From Antedon mediterranea (Eukaryota; Animalia; Echinodermata): a stretch of 64,000 nucleotides of DNA. Below the pieces are notes generated by a model that saw only the letters and a list, made by a program, of their open reading frames with translations, had not been told where the DNA came from and did no database searches. The position numbers and the translations under genes were made by a program. Numbering within the stretch: the stretch's first letter is position 1; the number at the start of each line of letters is the position of its first letter. Shown piece by piece: positions 62,901 to 64,000 of this stretch. The DNA is taken from assembly GCF_964355755.1 (NCBI RefSeq), contig NC_092675.1:17518912-17582911 (forward strand), written 5' to 3'.

Positions 62901-64000
62901 TTACCTCATAAGTGAATCATCGGTTAAACTGATTGACGGCTTTATTGCTGGTTTTACGCCTTTATCTGAAAGAATACAATTTAACGAATGTTTATAAGTT
63001 AAATGTGGAGAATAATTTATTGAATTGAACGACTGACTGTTTATTTGATGAGACAAAGCCAAGTTGAATAGGACATTTGCCTTTTTTACTCTGCTTCATC
63101 TTCCTTTTTTGGTTATCTTGGATATAGATGGACAGAATATCATGATTTCCGGAAATTTTTTATTGTCAATCAATTGTAAAGTTAGTCATGCTTTTAACGA
63201 ATGAAAATCAAGCATTGCACACATATATTACATACTGTAGTACAATACTACTGTGCAATAGTACTGATCAGCAGATCTTGGACATTCACTCATGTGTAAC
63301 TAAATTTACGTAAGGGCAAAATTCGGTAAATCGCGCGTTACTTTTAGAATATTTACTCGATGGTATATAAAGGTGGTTCATACTTTTTGTACTGATGTTT
63401 TAACCACCTGTTGATTTGACTCAAAAATTCTTCTCATTTTGGGAAAAGTTTCTCTTTCGGGAAGTAATTCCCAGGGTGCTAATTTTAGTTGACTACATAA
63501 ATCACTGTCGAATCTATTCGTTCCTGTAAACGACATGTATTATTGTCCAACATACATGTGAAATAGGCAGTTTTTTTACGGTGAAATTACTATGTATTCG
63601 AGAACCATCTAGTATTACATAAGTTTCCCAGAATTGTCTAATCCTAATAAGAATACGCGCTGAGCAAAGTCGTGTGACCTACCGCATCACTCAAGGATAG
63701 CAATGCTTGTGAATATCTCAAACGACATCAAAACATGCGAGGAATTTCGAAAGTCTGCTGATCAGTACTGTCCCTTAATCGTGACAAAATAATGCATGAA
63801 TTAACCAAATGCCAGTATTTTGTTAAAAAGGTACAAAAAACACCAATTATTAAATCAGTAAAGCAGTTCCAATTAAAACTGTGATCAAATGTCCTCTGTG
63901 AAATTAGCATATTTGGTGGCTTTTGTTCAACAAAAGGTATTTTTATCCAACCTGGGTTTTCTCTGTGGTATTTGCCGGCTTTTTTGAATGCAGACATTGC
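29595..64000 (-). CDS. MYO9: Unconventional myosin IX (motor C-terminal part, 4 IQ, C1, RhoGAP), 3' 22 exons; 5' part lies beyond the window
   Basis: [46 protein letters not shown] (class IX motor); IQ motifs; [13 protein letters not shown]; C1 HHF...CEIC...LC|DC...HKKC; Rho[37 protein letters not shown]. All junctions GT-AG and phase-consistent. MYO9A versus MYO9B is not assignable (likely a pre-duplication gene). Confidence 0.97.
30500..30621 (-). CDS. MYO9: MYO9 exon
   Basis: GEQRKEED...[16 protein letters not shown]. Confidence 0.88.
30720..31225. repeat. ~85-bp minisatellite x~6 in MYO9 intron
   Basis: TTCAAATCACTTGGGTCAGTCTTCATA recurs at 30771, 30856, 30941, 31026, 31111 and 31198. 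Confidence 0.92.
31370..31499 (-). CDS. MYO9: MYO9 exon
   Basis: [24 protein letters not shown]. Confidence 0.92.
31580..32455. mobile_element. Degenerate foldback/MITE with GACCACCTCTCGTAAG subrepeats, inside CTACATTAGC-repeat arms
   Basis: Forward GACCACCTCTC repeats at 31605-32105 and inverted ones at 32115-32210; GCTAATGTAG at 31590 versus CTACATTAGC repeats at 32297-32452. Confidence 0.55.
32500..32631 (-). CDS. MYO9: MYO9 exon (RhoGAP)
   Basis: [25 protein letters not shown]. Confidence 0.95.
32685..32962. repeat. ~25-bp minisatellite (TAGTAATATTATGTATGCATGTGTA)n
   Basis: About 11 visible units. Confidence 0.9.
35060..35294 (-). CDS. MYO9: MYO9 exon (RhoGAP)
   Basis: [16 protein letters not shown]...FERLVFHLA. 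Confidence 0.95.
36210..36467 (-). CDS. MYO9: MYO9 exon (C1 end, RhoGAP start)
   Basis: CKLSLHKKC...FG..L...[16 protein letters not shown]. Confidence 0.95.
36681..37154. mobile_element. Second copy of the TTAA (Kolobok-like) MITE, inverted relative to 1238-1772
   Basis: Reverse-complement similarity over the whole length; TTAA flanks; one TIR partly deleted. Confidence 0.85.
39114..39264 (-). CDS. MYO9: MYO9 exon (C1 domain, first half)
   Basis: [32 protein letters not shown]; tandem CAGCAG acceptor. Confidence 0.93.
41028..41204 (-). CDS. MYO9: MYO9 exon
   Basis: [11 protein letters not shown]...[13 protein letters not shown]. Confidence 0.93.
41843..41956 (-). CDS. MYO9: MYO9 exon
   Basis: [29 protein letters not shown]. 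Confidence 0.9.
42714..43124 (-). CDS. MYO9: MYO9 tail exon
   Basis: ESTSKP...[26 protein letters not shown]. Confidence 0.9.
43985..44450 (+). mobile_element. Decayed LINE RT fragment
   Basis: [27 protein letters not shown] and LFADNTT remnants across frameshifts. Confidence 0.8.
44590..45271 (-). CDS. MYO9: MYO9 large tail exon
   Basis: [11 protein letters not shown]...TPTKPK; charged ERRKS repeats. Confidence 0.88.
46335..47217 (-). repeat. ~46-bp tandem array (~20 copies) spanning a MYO9 exon/intron junction
   Basis: Unit (minus strand) CTGAAACATGCACCAAG|GTATGTCTGTTGTCTTCTGATGTTTTACC. Confidence 0.95.
47201..47407 (-). CDS. MYO9: MYO9 exon (tail)
   Basis: [13 protein letters not shown]...SLKHAP; donor GTATGT is the first unit of the tandem array. 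Confidence 0.85.
47566..47814 (-). CDS. MYO9: MYO9 exon (charged helix)
   Basis: [22 protein letters not shown]...; donor GTGTGT. Confidence 0.88.
47939..48126 (-). CDS. MYO9: MYO9 exon (IQ2-4)
   Basis: [30 protein letters not shown]. Confidence 0.93.
48636..48932. mobile_element. Non-autonomous Penelope-like inverted pLTR pair with two hammerhead motifs
   Basis: Inverted arms CTGTGGGTATCAGT...ACTGATACCCACAG, each containing a hammerhead-like core. Confidence 0.8.
48817..48855 (+). ncRNA. Minimal type I hammerhead ribozyme
   Basis: GCA-CTGATGA-AGGAC-TAGTGTT-GCCC-GAAA-GC-TC-TGC: stem I GCA/TGC, stem II with one mismatch, palindromic AGCT stem III. Confidence 0.78.
50220..50369 (-). CDS. MYO9: MYO9 exon (IQ1)
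   Basis: IFLRETER...[17 protein letters not shown]. Confidence 0.94.
50551..51758 (+). mobile_element. Helentron/HINE-like element (second family)
   Basis: 5' ATTACCCGCACC versus 3' GGTGCGGATAACT subTIR; 3' hairpin AACTCGTCA-AAG-TGACGAGTT plus AAATCTAGTT, parallel to the HENMT1-intron element. Confidence 0.7.
51949..52071 (-). CDS. MYO9: MYO9 exon (converter)
   Basis: [10 protein letters not shown]...YQIGQSR. Confidence 0.93.
52162..52353 (-). CDS. MYO9: MYO9 exon (motor)
   Basis: [24 protein letters not shown]...[11 protein letters not shown]. Confidence 0.96.
52698..52808 (-). CDS. MYO9: MYO9 exon
   Basis: [14 protein letters not shown]...[12 protein letters not shown]. Confidence 0.93.
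53069..53105 (-). CDS. MYO9: MYO9 exon
   Basis: [12 protein letters not shown]; GACAG / GTAAGA. Confidence 0.8.
55480..57070 (-). mobile_element. Decayed LINE RT fragments interrupted by other insertions
   Basis: IFLDLSKAF (~56970), [11 protein letters not shown] (~56810) and YFADDT (~55730) remnants. Confidence 0.65.
57684..58469. mobile_element. Non-autonomous TIR element with TAG...CTA termini (Academ-like)
   Basis: TIR TAGTCCAGTAAA and internal GAACCTAnAACAAATTGCAACAGAATT inverted; internal direct duplication; no clean TSD. Confidence 0.7.
59066..59855. repeat. 37-bp minisatellite x~21
   Basis: TACCCTGGATATTATTACAAGTCATTGTTTATACCAC head-to-tail, no spacers. Confidence 0.95.
60244..60414 (-). 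CDS. MYO9: MYO9 exon (loop-2 insert)
   Basis: GC-rich [15 protein letters not shown]...YVEADRLL; phase 2 to 2. Confidence 0.8.
61160..61240 (-). mobile_element. tRNA-derived SINE-like head
   Basis: A-box-like TGGCGCAACG and B-box-like GAGTTCAAGTCC; no complete cloverleaf. Confidence 0.4.
62004..62105. promoter_or_regulatory. Cluster of RFX X-box-like motifs in MYO9 intron
   Basis: GTCACCATAGCAAC (62034-62047), GTCATCATAGCAAC (62092-62105), GCTGCCATAGAAAC (62004-62017), GCTGCCATAGACAA (62060-62073). Confidence 0.5.
62905..62965 (-). CDS. MYO9: MYO9 exon (loop-2 insert)
   Basis: TTTCAG / GTAAGA; [19 protein letters not shown]; phase 1 to 2. Confidence 0.75.
63300..63613 (+). mobile_element. 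Internally deleted copy of the 3600-5013 element
   Basis: Joins sequence similar to 3607-3714 directly to sequence similar to 4765-4965, ending GAGAACCATCTAGT. Confidence 0.75.
63952..64000 (-). CDS. MYO9: MYO9 exon (motor, start of loop-2 insert; partial)
   Basis: [16 protein letters not shown]; donor GTTGGA. Confidence 0.8.

Overview
This is an AT-rich, intron-rich animal genomic window. It is probably a marine invertebrate deuterostome; that is an inference from gene structure and repeat content. It is not prokaryotic and has no CRISPR array. Three spliced protein-coding genes can be rebuilt by hand with consistent splice phases. (1) PIGB (GPI mannosyltransferase 3), minus strand, first four coding exons at 1-2604, running off the left edge. 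It carries two U12-type (minor spliceosome) introns, one AT-AC and one GT-AG. (2) A complete six-exon HENMT1/Hen1 small-RNA 2'-O-methyltransferase, plus strand, 16701-26202, 381 aa. (3) The 3' part of a class IX myosin (MYO9: motor loop-2 insert, 4 IQ motifs, coiled/charged tail, C1, RhoGAP), minus strand, 22 exons at 29595-64000, convergent with HENMT1. The PIGB-HENMT1 interval and the introns are packed with nested mobile DNA: a decayed Academ transposon hosting a CR1-type fragment and a Penelope-like element with hammerhead-ribozyme pLTRs, a NotI-repeat foldback element hosting a LINE, Helentron/HINE elements (one nested in its own family), and P-, Harbinger- and Kolobok-like MITEs. The most unusual signals are: a ~20-copy tandem array built from a MYO9 exon end plus its splice donor (an AG|GT ladder); an inverted hammerhead pair in a MYO9 intron whose sense copy has a broken core; an RFX X-box cluster next to a candidate alternative MYO9 exon; a candidate 15-nt microexon; a stray copy of PIGB exon 2 lacking its U12 acceptor; and a Vasa-like C-terminal QEQIWD motif on HENMT1.
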